Shown: positions 26,961 to 39,900 of the stretch, piece after piece
How positions within the stretch are numbered: position 1 is the first letter of the stretch
Layout of the letters: each line of letters opens with the position of its first letter
Notes under the pieces: generated by a model
Told to the model about the DNA's origin: nothing
Databases searched by the model: none
The model's input: only the letters and a program-made list of their open reading frames with translations
From: Chromera velia
Taxonomy: Eukaryota
Length of the DNA: 51,215 nucleotides
Direction: 5' to 3'
Assembly: GCA_018398765.1 (NCBI GenBank)
Contig: JAHBMJ010000292.1
Location: 1 to 51,215 of the forward strand
Position numbers and translations under genes: made by a program

Positions 26961-29775
26961 ATGAGAAACCCAGATGATGTCACTGAGAAAGAGAAGAAGA
27001 CTGGAGACGGCACGGGAAAAGAAAAGGAGAAGCGAGACGGTAGGGGTGAACAGAAAGGATGTCAAGGAGGAGAGAAAAAGGAAGATCTGAAAGCAGATGA
27101 AGTGGAGGAGACGCCACAAGAAAACGAAAGTCGAAGCGAGACAGTCGCATCGGCAGAGGCGGGCGTAGCACGGGCTCTGGCTCAGGGCATTCGTCGGCTA
27201 CTGACAAGAGGGGTGGACCTGGGGGCGAAGGCGGGGAGGGCGGGAGGAAAAGCTGGAGTTTCGGGGGTGCGTAATGCGTCGGTGGATGCGCTTCGCACGG
27301 CTGTTCGGACTTCAGGGGTAGCACTCCGTCGGTTCTTCGGAGGTTTATTTGAAAGAGCAGTGAAGGTGCCGATGCAAAGGACAAAAGAGATCCTTCGGTT
27401 TTCGCGTCTCTCCAGATGGTTGGAGAAGTCGCCAAGACTGAAACCTTCTTTCTCAACACTCTCCTCTCGTGTGAGGGGACTGCAGAGAGAGGCAGTGAAA
27501 AAACTCAGGGACATACTCAAAAGGTTCCAGGTAGGACACAGTCTCTCTCTCTCTCGCACAGCCACCGAAGCCTGTCCAATGGTTCCTTCCTCTGTCTCGC
27601 TCTTTCCCCCCCTTCCGCTATCCGAACATCCCGCTCTCCGCCATTCGATCTGTTCATTCATGAATGAATCCTGTGTCCTTCCTGCAGATGATCAACATAT
27701 TCATTCAGGCGAAAGGAATGCATGAAGGTTGATGGACTGAAGGTAGAAAACGGAGGGGGAAAAATCACAAGAACCCCCCCCCAACAAAATTAAATAGTCT
27801 CCCTAGCTGTCTCTCTCCCCATCTCTCTCTGTGCAGGCCCGGGCAAAGGCCTCTGCTGGCGGCTCCACAACCACAACTCCCGCAGGGGGTGCTGCAGGGA
27901 GGTCATCTGCCTCGAGGCTGACCAGAGAGACCATCGCGAAAGCCTCAGAACGGGCCGAACAGGCAGGTCACCTCCCGCCTCTCTCACTTAGTCACTCACT
28001 CACTCGCATGTGTAATTCAGGCAAGACATTTCTCTTAGTAGCCGGGCTGTTGCGTTCGTTCGCTTTTTCAACTGATGCGTGAAGTGGCAAACTGTGGTGC
28101 ACCTCGCTCGCCTGGCTGCATCTGCCTCTGTCCGTCTACGTGTGCGTCCATGGCGTCTCCAGGCAGCACCACAGGAAGATGGATTGCCCCCCCCCTCAAA
28201 GCATGTCACCCGTTACCCGTTTCTCACCAGAATCTTCCTGTCTCGTTGGAGACTACCTCCTCACAAACCCACCAGCGCCACTCCACACACAGGAGACAAG
28301 TGATGGAGCGGTGGGGCGGGGGTGTTCCCTCAAACACACTCAGACAGTGGCAGATGCTGACTGTCGACGTGTATGTGCGTGTGCAGGCCCTGGAAGCGTG
28401 GGAGGCAGGGCACGGGGCTCTCCACGAGATACAGCACGGAGACCCAGCCAAGCACGAGTCCTCCAAAGAGGATCAGACCGCAGCCTGCAAAGAGAAAGAG
28501 AAGGATTCACAAACACGCAGTTCCTCATCGTCATCCTCTCCTCCCACACAGACTGCATCCTACTCTCCCCCCACACCCCCAGCAAAATCACCCACGCCAA
28601 TTCCTCCTCAGACCCATAGCGACCCTCTCCCACCTCCTTCGCGGGCGCTTCCGACAGCATCACACGATGTGCCAGACACTCAGACAGGCTCGACACAAAG
28701 AAAAGCCCCGCAGCCACCCACCGCAAACGCATTGACCCCTGAACGGAGAAACGGAAGCGTGCGCGAAGATCCGAAGCTACTTGGACGGTACCCCCACGTT
28801 TCGTCTAGTCCGATAGGATCGCCCCAATCTGCCACTCTCGATCCCCCCCCCCGAAGCTCACAGCCGAAGCCCCCTCCTCCTACTGAGCTGCCACTCCCCC
28901 CCTCCCCTTCCGCGGCTGCAATTCCAACAAGGGACCCGATGGGAGTCCCTGGCGGTAGTCCGCGATCACCCCTGGCGTCTTTTCTCGAGGCTTCTCGCGT
29001 CGCCATTCCGAATTTTCTTCGCTCCGCTGTGATGGGCATGGCGCTCTTCTCGTCCTATGAGTACTTTGATGATCTTGCAAAAGCCGCAGCCCTCCATCGG
29101 GAAAAATGGAAAGGAAAAAAAGCATCTGAGTCAAGTCACTCGCAGACTGGAAGTGAAATTCTACTTGCAGGTCTGACAGGGTCTATGGGGGGTGCTGCTG
29201 CGGGTTATGTGTTTGGGTTTGGCACATGTTTGTTTGAAAGAACAGAAACTTGGTGGGTTTCCACCAAGCAGGCCTACGTGTCAAGAGGGTCTCCTGCTGC
29301 AAGAAAAGATATTTTTTGGAATCAAATGCAAAAGGTCCCAAGATTGCCTTCTGCTCTGGCAGCACTGTGTATGCATGGGTCTCTTCTGTCACACGCCCTT
29401 TCGCACAGCGCCCTTTTCGGGTCCTTTGAGGTCAGTCGGAAGGCTCTCGGCTGCCTCTCCACCTACGCCCAGGGGGAGAAGAACAATGGGACGACAAATC
29501 GGAAAAGCAGTGGGGGGAACCATGCGCGTGGAGGGGGAGCTGGCGATACAGTAGGCCTGATAGAGGTGGGAGTGTCCGGTATTTTGGCGGGGTGCTGCCA
29601 TGAATTTGTATCTCACTATACTTCTCAGGCAGAGGATTCGAGGGGAGGGACTGAGTGGTGGCGACGTTTCCGGTCTTCGTTCCGTGCGGCTTCTCCGTCG
29701 CTCCGCTCTGTTGTCTTGCGCTCTCCGGCAGCAGCCCTAGGTCTTGTGGCCTTCGCATACGGTCGAGACAATTGA
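26961..29775 (+). CDS. Divergent mitochondrial-carrier (SLC25)-like membrane protein with long low-complexity regions. Exons ~26961-27530, 27837-27962, 28387-29775
   Basis: C-terminal helices NFLRSAVMGMALFSSYEY, LLAGLTGSMGGAAAG, SHSALFGSFEVSRK, VSGILAGCCHEFVSH and LRSPAAALGLVAFAY resemble SLC25 even/odd helices. No clean PxD/ExxK motif. Intron 2 needs a GC donor to keep phase. Confidence 0.5.
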
Positions 29776-30062
29776 TTCAGAGATTTCTTGAATTCGTTTG
29801 TGATGGGTCTCGAGTTACCGTTTGGCTGTGCTTCGGATAGTGATCCCCATTCTTTTGGGGATTTTGAAAAATGGCAGCACCTAATTAAATCTGTGTGATG
29901 CGCGTGTGGCAGGCCTCTGCAGAAGTCTCTGCAATGATGTCACGCAATCCAGTGAGGACTACTTCAGGTCTTACTCTCTCTTTTTCTCTCCCTGTCTCCC
30001 CGTCTCCCTCCCCTCCTTTTCCGTCTCTCCCACTCTCTCTTTCTCATGTGTGTCTGTGTTTC

Positions 30063-30101
<39 letters not shown>

Positions 30102-30158
30102 CTGTCTTTCTCTGGCTCTCTCTGTCTCTCTCTGTCTCTGTCTCTTCCTCTGTTTCTG

Positions 30159-30195
<37 letters not shown>

Positions 30196-30256
30196 GTCTC
30201 TGTCTCTGTCTCTGTCTCTCTCTCTGTCTCTCTCTCTGTCTCTCTCTCTCTCTGTC

Positions 30257-30359
<103 letters not shown>

Positions 30360-31782
30360 AATTTATTATCAAACAATATAGTTTAGACTATAAAATACTT
30401 TAAAATACTACAAAAAGAAAACTAAAAAACTAAAAAAAAGTGAAAAAACAGAATCATACGGCAGAATGATGATTTTTATTTTTTTGTTTTTAGTGTATGC
30501 GAGTGATGTTACTCGGATTTACTGGGATCTTAGTTTGGTTTTTCATTATTTTCTATGATAAAATTGTTTGTATGAAGACTTATGAAAACTATTTAACAAT
30601 TTCAGCTTACCCCCCTGACGTTGGTAAGAATCGACCTGGCATGATGGATCAAATCGCCGGCCGAGGCGGCCGAAGCCGCCTCAGCCGTGGCTGAAGCGGC
30701 CTAAACTAAAGTTTGGGGGTATAAAACTCTCAGGTTAAAGAAAATATTAGACATAACTAGAGAAGATCAAGACTATCTCTGACATTACTTTAACTCCGTT
30801 TAAATCTTTGACTTCAATCAATCAAAACTAAGTTTAACTTAACAACTATATTAGTAATAATTGGTAAATGATTTTATATGAAATTGTCTTACACATTCAC
30901 TAACATTTAGTGCTTACTAGCATTATATTTTGGACCATCAGTTATCTTCTTTAACCACTGGCACCCCTCTTCTTCCAGAACCTGTCATCTTTCATGTGTC
31001 TGCTGTGCCTTTGCTTGCTTTGCGGCTTCCATAGCTACATACAACTGTAAAGACAGGGGGGCAAATATGAAGAAAAGGTACACATATAGATTGAAAGCAA
31101 GGGACCAGGTTTAAATATGGAGGCTGGCCCGGCCTCTTTCGCATGCTTCATGGACTCTTCAATCGATAACTGCCCTTTTGCTGGGGGCGGTTGAGCCTCT
31201 CCAAACTCTCTCTTCTTGTCTGGTATTCTCTGGCTTTCCTGTCCCCTTCCGCTGTCCAACCTTTTCTTCCATTCCTTTTGCCGGTGAGATGGCCCTGTCA
31301 GATTAAAAACCTTTCAGTGTCATGGGGGTATTTCAGCTCCATACACTCAAAAAACTAAGTAAACTTCGTTTCTGTGCTCGCGCGTTGTCTCCGGAGGGAC
31401 ACCTAGTCAGTTTTCAAGCGGTGTTTCTCAAAGCAACCTGTTCACTCTCGAGGGAGGTCCTATTCAGGTTGATATTAATAGATCCGCAGGCATGACACGT
31501 GAGGGGGCGCGCGAAAGTACGGTGGCCGGGCCCCCGGGCCGGATCCCATGGTTCTTCTGGCGTTCTTGTCCCGCGCCTGCTGCATGCAGCAAACGCATGT
31601 AGACCGATGTAGACCGATGTAGACCGTGGAGAAGAGATATTAATATAGAAAATTTCTGTTGAATCCTCCATCATTGTTACTCCCGGCTGCACTAATTTTT
31701 TAATTTGCCTTCCTGATTCCGTGTGGTGACTGCATTCAGGTTCTCTTTCATGCTCTATGATGCTTTGCAGACTGTCTGTGTG

Positions 31783-33271
31783 ATGACTGCGAATGTCGAA
31801 CCAGACCCCATCTATATCGGGGAAAGCGATAGTGAGGAGGAGGAGGCGGGCCCCCTCTCCCCAATCCGGAAGCTCACCTCAGCCCCCATTTCCTCCGTGG
31901 AAACTCCTTATTACCTTCGTTGCTTTTTAGCTGTTCTTTCAGACACGTTGCTTCATCAACGACATTTGTTTTCTGAATCTGAATTGTCCATCGTTCGAAC
32001 TTTTCTTTCCGTCTCCTTGCAAGGGCAGTGTCTTTTGGTCCGTCTCCTCAACCGACACGGTCCCTGGTTCAGAGTGCAAAAACTCCACTCATACTCCAGA
32101 GATGTTCCAAACGCCAGTAATACAGTTGGAGAGCTGCATCGTTGCTCTCTTTTGATCGCATACGAAGATGCGCAGACACAGGGGCAGGGAGAAGAAGCGA
32201 CAGCAGAATTGCACAAATTTATTGATGTAGACGGAGACGGAGACGGAGAAGGCGAGGGAGGTGCAGGGTCCCCTTTGAACTTTTCAGACTCTCCCAGACA
32301 AAATGACTCCGAGGCTTCTCCTTGTTCAGCCTCCGGAGAAGCAGCAGATGGGGGGGGGACAGAAGGAAGAAAGTGGCACTGCCTGGTCAAGTCGCGTCCC
32401 GCCCTGTCGGCACTTCACGTTCTGTCCGTCTCGGAGCTGCGTGTCACTTCCACACTGATACCCGACCTTGCTGTGGGAGCACAGCGGGGAGGGACAAGAA
32501 CACGAGATTCTCTTCTTGAACACATTCTGAGGGCACAGCAAAGCTCAGCCTGGCAGCCCCTCTCCGACGTTGATTGGGAAGGGGCTGTGAAGAGACGGGT
32601 GATGTCTCTGGCCGGTCCCCTGGTCGCACTGCGTCCCGCAGTGCGTGAGTTGTTTGAACTCGTCAAGAGTCTCTATGGGACGCTCCATGGAGACGAGTCG
32701 GGTGTGACGCCCCTGCTTGCCACAGTAGGGAAGGTTCGCTTCCCTTCCTTTCAGATCAGGGCGACTTGCAGAGTGTTTGGGGATAGGGGGGAGGTGGAGG
32801 CGTTCCTGGCTGCACGCGAGAGGGAGCGTCGCATGGACGCAGCTTTGATGGAGAGCACAAAAGATGAGGAGACGGCAATGAGGCTGGGGGACGAGGCAGA
32901 GGCGGTTGTGAGGGCGTTCGTTGAAGCAAAGAGAGAGAGGACGTTGTCAAGCTCCAAAACCCAAAAACTCCATCACGCCTTTCTTCGGAGGTTTCTTCCG
33001 GTCAGCCCTTTTCCAGTGCTTGTATGGCGTGGGGGTTTATGCAGTCTGGGCTCATCAGACAAAAAGCCACAATGACAGATGATTCTCTGATCCCCTGAGT
33101 CGGGTCATTACCATTCAAGTTTCTTTCCTTTCTGCTCTGCTGGGTCCCTTTCCTTTCCGCTGCGTGTGCATGTCCCCTTCATCCCTTCAAACACGGAGCG
33201 GAGAAGCTGAGGTTGTATCCGTCTGTTGTCTTTTCCTACCTCCATTGTGCGCCTCACTCTCTCCCTCCCTC

Positions 33272-33312
<41 letters not shown>

Positions 33313-35622
33313 GAATGGATAGAAGCCCGGACCGCGTGGCACTCGGTCGCTCTCCTGGAGCGGCGCCGGAGACACGGGGAGGCGGTGGAGAGGTTGAGGC
33401 TCTTGCTTTCCTCCTCTCTGTCCTTCGACAAACGGGGGAAGTTCTACAGCCGTTTGACGATCAATTTGTTTCGAAACCTGGAGAAGCCCCGAGAGGCTCT
33501 GCAGCGGGGTATAGAGGCCTTGCAAGAAGGGTCGATGCTCAGAGTGTCAGAAAGGAGGGAAATGATGAGACGACTCCGGAGAATTGCGGTTCGGGTTGCA
33601 ACAGAAGAGAAACAGGGGGGCGGGAAGAAAACGTTCTGGTTGTCTCTGTTGCCTCAAGAGCTGCGAGATGAGGTGCGGGCAGAGAGCGAGGGTGCTGCTC
33701 AGAAGGCGGGGGCATTTCGGGAGAAGTCAATTTTTGCGAGAAGATTAGGGGGAACGGGGGGAGACAGTGGACAGCACAGTTTGTTCATTGGGTACAATGA
33801 TGCTTGCATTCGTGTGGAGCGTCTGGTCTTGCAGTGGCATCGAAAGGAGGGTAACTGGAGGGGTAGACATGGGGAGGGTGCAGTGTTGCGTGAGCTGTTC
33901 GGAGTTTTACTTTTTGAGATTCTCTTCGGAGAAGGCGGACCTCCTGACGTGTTCCTGACCCCATACCAACAAGCTCCTCTAGATCTGGCCACGGAGGCAT
34001 TCTATAGCTGTAGAAGGGACAGGGTAGAAGCACGTCTCCAGGTGAGCACGTGGAGTCATGCTTGCATTTCTTTTCTTCTGTTGATGTCTTTCTCTGATGC
34101 TTTTCTTCTGTCAGGCACGTCTAGAGGCCAGTAAAGTTGATCGGCTTCCTTCTGTCATTCTGTGGGACTCCGTGCTTTTTTAGCTTGTTCTTGTCTTTCC
34201 TTCTCTCTTACTTCGTTTCTACTATCTCTCTGTCTCCCTGCTTGCCTGGGGGTGTCCATCCAAAAAAGCAAAGAAGCAGGGAAAAGCAGAAAGCATGCAG
34301 GCTATTTTTCTTCCCTTCTCCCCCCCTCCCCCTCTCTCGCGTTGAACTCTCAGGAAATCAGAACATCCAGTCCTCTCGCACTGCGCGTCCTCACCTCCAC
34401 CGCCGCACGCCGGCTGTTCGGGTTGAAGATTCGGGGCGTGTCCTGGCGTTTGAAATTTGAGGGCCTGGACCCGACTGGGGCAGACGGGGTGAGTGCCGCG
34501 ATTGCAGACGCCATCGAGGATGCAGATCTCGTGAAGGGGTTCAGACTGAGGGGGAACTCGGGTGGCAGAGGGGCACACGGGCTTGGAGGTAGGAGGGAGA
34601 GGAGTAAGAGTATGCCAAGTGACAAACACACAGAGAATGAAGGGCAAGCAAGAGGAGGTTTGCAACAGCTCACTCTTCCTGCGTTCTTTGCAAGAAAGAG
34701 AATAAAGAGGCCTGAGGCAGAAGACGTCATGATCAGCATTTCCTCGGATGAATCGGAAAGAGAGGAGAGGGAAAAGAGCGGAGATCGAAAGGAAAAAGAA
34801 GAAAAGAGCGAAGACGCCAGGGAAACAATCGATGAACGAACGCAGAACGGAAAGCGTCGTGCCACTGTGCCTCTCCAAACTGAGTCTTCGCACACTGCAG
34901 CACTGTCTCCGTCTCCCCCCCCCTCTCTGGATGCTCACACTTCTGCTGCTGCGTCTGCATCCTCGTCGGTGTCTACAGCACAGACAGCGACTGCTGAGAG
35001 CGGCAACCCCCCCCTCTCGCATATCCCTCCCTCACCCCCCAGTGACCTCAAGACAACACAGTCAGGAGGCCCCGGAAATATCCCGGAAAGCGTAGAAGGT
35101 ATCCCCCCCTTCTTCCGTACTGATGAAGCCACTCGTGTGTTGTACGGCTGGATGTTGGGTTTCTGGGCCTCTTGCATCACAGGCCCTGTCCTTGCTGCCT
35201 GCCTCGGCATGATGGCAAGGGACTACGCACACTACAGTGCGGGTCTTCCCGACCTCTTTCTCTGGCGACGGAAGTTGTCGGTTGAAGAAGAGGAAGAGCG
35301 AGAGGAGGGGGACACAGAGGGGGGCGATTCTAGCTTCCTTGCGTTTCTCAAGCGAGAGGGTGTGGACCTTTCGAGTGTCGACACTGAAGACCACGCCCTT
35401 GCAGCCCTGCCTCTGGGAGAGGGTTTGTTCGTTGAGGTGAAGGGTCCAGGAGACCGCCTTTCAGAGAAGCAGAAAGAGTGGCTCCAGGAGATCTCGAGGG
35501 CAGGGGGGAGAGGAGAGGTGTGTTGGGTTGTCGAGTCGCCTCCTGATTCGGGAACACATTCCGGAAGTGGCAGCACTCAACCGGTTGTCCCTGCCACTGT
35601 TTCCAGGGCTAGCAACTCCTAG
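31783..35622 (+). CDS. FAN1: Fanconi-associated nuclease 1 (VRR-NUC). Exons ~31783-33000, 33313-34041, 34354-35622
   Basis: YYLRCF...LFSESE...LLVRLLNRHGPWFR; GRHGEGAVLRELFGVLLFEILF; DVFLTPYQQAPLDL; catalytic AGLPDLFLW...FVEVKGPGDRLSEKQKEWL. Introns are phase 0 GT-AG. The start could be spliced from upstream via the acceptor at 31770. Confidence 0.93.
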
Positions 35623-36540
35623 AGCAACTCTTAGATTATTACTGGAATTATTACCAACATTGGATTGAATGATTTGAATTGAAGTGATTTATATACATCG
35701 TTTTAGAAGAGTTTTTAAAACCATCATCGATAGTTAAAACTCTACATTAACTGATATTTGAATGGCCGCTTTAATAGATACGTATGTAACTCATAATCAG
35801 CATTATATGCTAATGCAGCCATTGTCATCGGCACATAATTAAGCATTTAGAATGACTCTATAAAAATGTATTATCAGGGGCCCGGGTCTACTTAGGGGTC
35901 TAGATAGTTCAAGGGATCACGTATCATATGATAACTGTATATAAGGAATAAAGGATAGTCTTAGGATACTTAGTACCTAGCTCAGTAAGCCTGAGTAAGG
36001 GATTCATTCCTAGATTCATTTGTGTCCGCATGCAACCACTAGGCACTAGCACAGTTTAAAAGTTATACGCAGTTATTAATAGAGATATAAGATATAGGAT
36101 AGAATAAGATTTATATTACGGGAATCGCCGTCACTGTCGCCGTGTACGTCCATTACTAGAAATCACGGCTTACACGGTTTAATAGTTACACCAAAGGTGA
36201 TGCCACCACGATGGCTTGTTGTCACTGTGAGTGCATGTCACTGGCATCATCATGATCATCATTATCATCATCATGATATTATCATCGGCGTCATAACCAT
36301 CGTTCTATGCCATCACCATCGGCTTATGCTAGGCGTCTAGCGTTCAGTAAGTCACAACTTTGAGTGAAAAGTGTAATCATATGATGATTCATCTATATAT
36401 GTTCACACTTCGAGCAAGGCTTCCAGCGACGCTATAGTAACGACGCTTATAGATTGACGTCGCTTGTACCAAGACTTTTGAATAGCTATAGTATGACTCC
36501 ATAGATAGGCTGAAACTTATTTGAAAAAGTTATTTCAAAA
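35623..36540. repeat. AT/TpA-rich decayed repeat block (similar blocks at ~13100-17200, 20880-21500, 30360-30940, 46700-47300)
   Basis: Abrupt compositional switch from flanking genes, with abundant TA/TAG/CTA and no long ORFs. Judged by eye, not counted. Confidence 0.5.
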
Positions 36541-36996
36541 ACTCGCAGAAAAGAAAAAAATGAAAATGTGTTTAAAATGTGCCGGCGTTCTGCGCGCAAT
36601 AATATGACTTGTTCCAATGTGAAAACAATCAATACATTTCGATTTCTTCGTCAATTTCCGCACCATCTCCTGCACAGAAGATTCATTTGGACAGTTCAAC
36701 CTTCTTTTACAAAAGATAACAAAAACTGATAACTGAATCCGAACCCAAAGACAGAAAACCGACTGTGATAGAGCTGAAAATGAAACAAACTCACCCACGC
36801 ACAGATCAACAAAGAGACAAACAGGACATCTGCCAATCTTTCGAAGTGCTTGCACCGATTCGTTGTGCCTCGTATCTCCAACCAAAACAAAATCAAAACG
36901 AAAATGGCGTGTAGGGATACAGACGCGTGTGGATGTGTTTCCTTCTTTCAACTCAGCTTGAAATTCAATCAACCCGTCTCTGCCAAACTCAACACA

Positions 36997-39900
36997 TCAT
37001 TTGACCCTGTGCCGCTGACCTTGCGGAGAAGCGGAAGGACTTGCCGTCCCTCCGTGTTGGCTCCTGTGACTCCTCAGACGACCTCCGGGCGTTCGGACAG
37101 ACGCAGACTTAGGCGAGGGGTCCCCTCCATGTGCTGCTTCTCTTGGCCTCTCCTCCTCCTCCGCTCTGTCCAACAGAGACGGCAGGCCTGTTGGATCGCC
37201 CTTCTCGTTGGAGAGGGAAATTGAAGGAGGAGGGACGGGGGAAGGTGCAGCTGTGTGTGTGTGGTCCTTCATCGCGCCCTCTGCAGTGCTTTGAACTTCC
37301 CCTGTTCCCTTTTTGGGTGCAGCACCCACAGCCTCTGATTGCGCAGGAACGGGCACCACTGCACTGACAGCAGACTGCTCAGCGAACACGTCGGGGACAG
37401 ATCTGTCCGCTTCTGCTTTCACTCTCTCAGACATACTCACAGATGGACGTTGCTTTCCCTCCTGCTCCTTCTCTGTCGGCAGCCCGTCTAGAGGTGAGGT
37501 TGATGGGAGGGGAGGCTGTGGCTGGGCAGGGGCAGTGGATGCTGAGGGGCCTCTTGAGAATCCGAAAGAGTGGCTGTGGCTTTTGGAGGGAGAGGAGGAG
37601 CCTGAGGGTGAGCGTGCCATGAGGGCCCGTTCGATCTTTTCGTTGATTCGTTTTTCCACTGCCTGGCTTCGGGGGGAGAGGGGAGTAGAGGAACGAAGCA
37701 GAGACGTGGACAGACGACCTGGGTCTACTTGGGTGTTTTTTACAATGGAGGGGGGAGGAGAGACGGGATGTGTCGGAAGGGGTGTGGGTTCATTTACAGT
37801 TGGGGACTGTGGGTTGGCCTGAGCTTCCTCTTTTTGGTTGAGTGATTTGTTGGTTGTTGTCTTTTTTGAAGGTGGCGGTTGTGGTTTGGAGACGGGCTGT
37901 TTTTTGGAGACGAGGGCCTCTGTGTCTGTGGGCTTCTCCTGGAGGGCTGTGGACAGATCCAGGGGGTCCTTCTTTCTGTTTGCTCTTCGCTCGCAAGCAG
38001 ACGGGGGACGTCGAGGGGTCGATGAGACCACACGGCGCCTTTCGGGACCGACAGATTTTGTTCCACTGCTTGGTGGGGCATCTTGTGAGGGCTCTTTCTT
38101 GGGCGTCAGGTATCTCGGCTGTACGTAATCCCACCGCCCTTTTCGCTTTTTTAAGGCCATGCCAGCATCTGGTGCCTGTGTGGTTGGAGAGAGATTGCGA
38201 AAATTTGGGGATGCAGGAGTGGAGGAGGGAATTTGCCTGCCGGGACCGCTCGAAGGGCGCGGCTGGTGGTGTCCTTTTGGGGACAGGGCGACGTTTTCAT
38301 CTTTGTGATGATCTGTAGAGGTGGAAGAGGAGATGCGGAGTGAGCGGAAAGTGGACTGCTTGGGGTCTGTGAGACGGGACGGGGTCGATGGTGCGTTGGG
38401 GGCTGCTTTGGATGGGGGGGAGAGTTGGGACGGGGGGGCGGTTCTTTCGGGTGAGGGACGGGGCGAGGCAGCTTGTCTCTCTTTGTGTCTGCTTGGAGGA
38501 GCGAAGAGGCGTGCTGATGGAGAGGGTGGAGGCCTTAGGGGAGGAGGTAACGGAGGGTGCAGGTCTGTTGGAGGAGATGTGGACCTGCTGGGTCTCGTTT
38601 TGGAGGGTGTCAAGAGAGAGTAGCGACTGGGGGGACGTTTGGGGGTCTCAGTCAACTTTGCAAAGGGAGGCTTCGGCACGCCGCCTTCCTTTCTTGACTG
38701 TTTCGCCCCTGCTGACGCTTGTTCCCCTGCTGAAGCAGATTTGCATGCAGGAGGCAGAGGCATGAGTTCCCCTCTGAATTGGTCTGGCAGTCTGATCATG
38801 AGTGATTGGACTGCAGCGTCGACCCTGAGGCTCTTCTCCTTGTAGAGTTCAACCACCTCCTTCAGTCTGCTGATTGTCTCTGCATCCGACCTTCTGCGAG
38901 CACGGAGCTCGTGGAACTCTTCTTCCCTGGAAGTCGCGAACGCCTGAAGGGGGGGAGGGAGGAACGAGGGCAAATACATACGCACAGACATTTGTATATA
39001 CAGAGAAACTATAAATTAACTCCGGTGTCAGCAATCACAGGAGCAGTAAAGCGCAGAATACAGGCACACAGGCGGGCAGGCACACAGGCAGGCAGGCAGG
39101 CAGGAAGTCTTGAATGCAATCTGGCAAAAAGCCAGGCAGGCATATTCCTGAACAGACAGACAGGCATCCAGGCAGGCTGACCTTGAGCGTCTTCAATTGG
39201 AGTCTTAACTTCTTTGACGTCTCCCTCTCCTTCAATAGAAGAGAGTGGATGTCGTCCTTCGATGCCTTCAACTCCGACACCTCTGCCTGCAGACAGAATG
39301 AACAAGAAAGAGAGCATGAACATTTGGGTGAAAATCAAAACGTTGAGGCACAAAAACTTTTCAATTCCTCAAGTAAGAAGAAGGAAGTAAAGCCAAAGTG
39401 AATGAATAAACCCCTCTTCGTACAGATATCCATTCGCAGACCCACGCACTGACCTCCAATCTTGCAGCACTCGCACGTGCCCTCTCACAGTCGGACGTCA
39501 GACTGCGGATCTTCACTCGAAGGTCATTCACCAACGCAGCGCTGTCCTGTGCCTGTGCCCTTTCCCTTTCACGATCCTTCTGGTTTTCTCCCTTTCCACC
39601 GATCCCGGTAGGCCGAAGCACTGCGCCCCTCTCACCCCTGTCGTCCAAACAGACACTGCCGCCACTGTTCATCACGTCATTGGAGTGTACAGGACGCGGG
39701 GGTGATAAGGCTACCCCAAGGGACCCCCGACACCCCCCATGCACGGGAGGAGACCGCTCTGTTGTGCCTGACAAGTATCTAATTGCAGTTCCGGAGTTGG
39801 CCCCTTGATGTCCTGAAGGCACGCGAGCGTATCTGTTGACGCTGCATGGGCCCTCGGAGGAGGAAGACTGTCCGTGCCTGCCAGTGGGGTTCCGTGTGCA

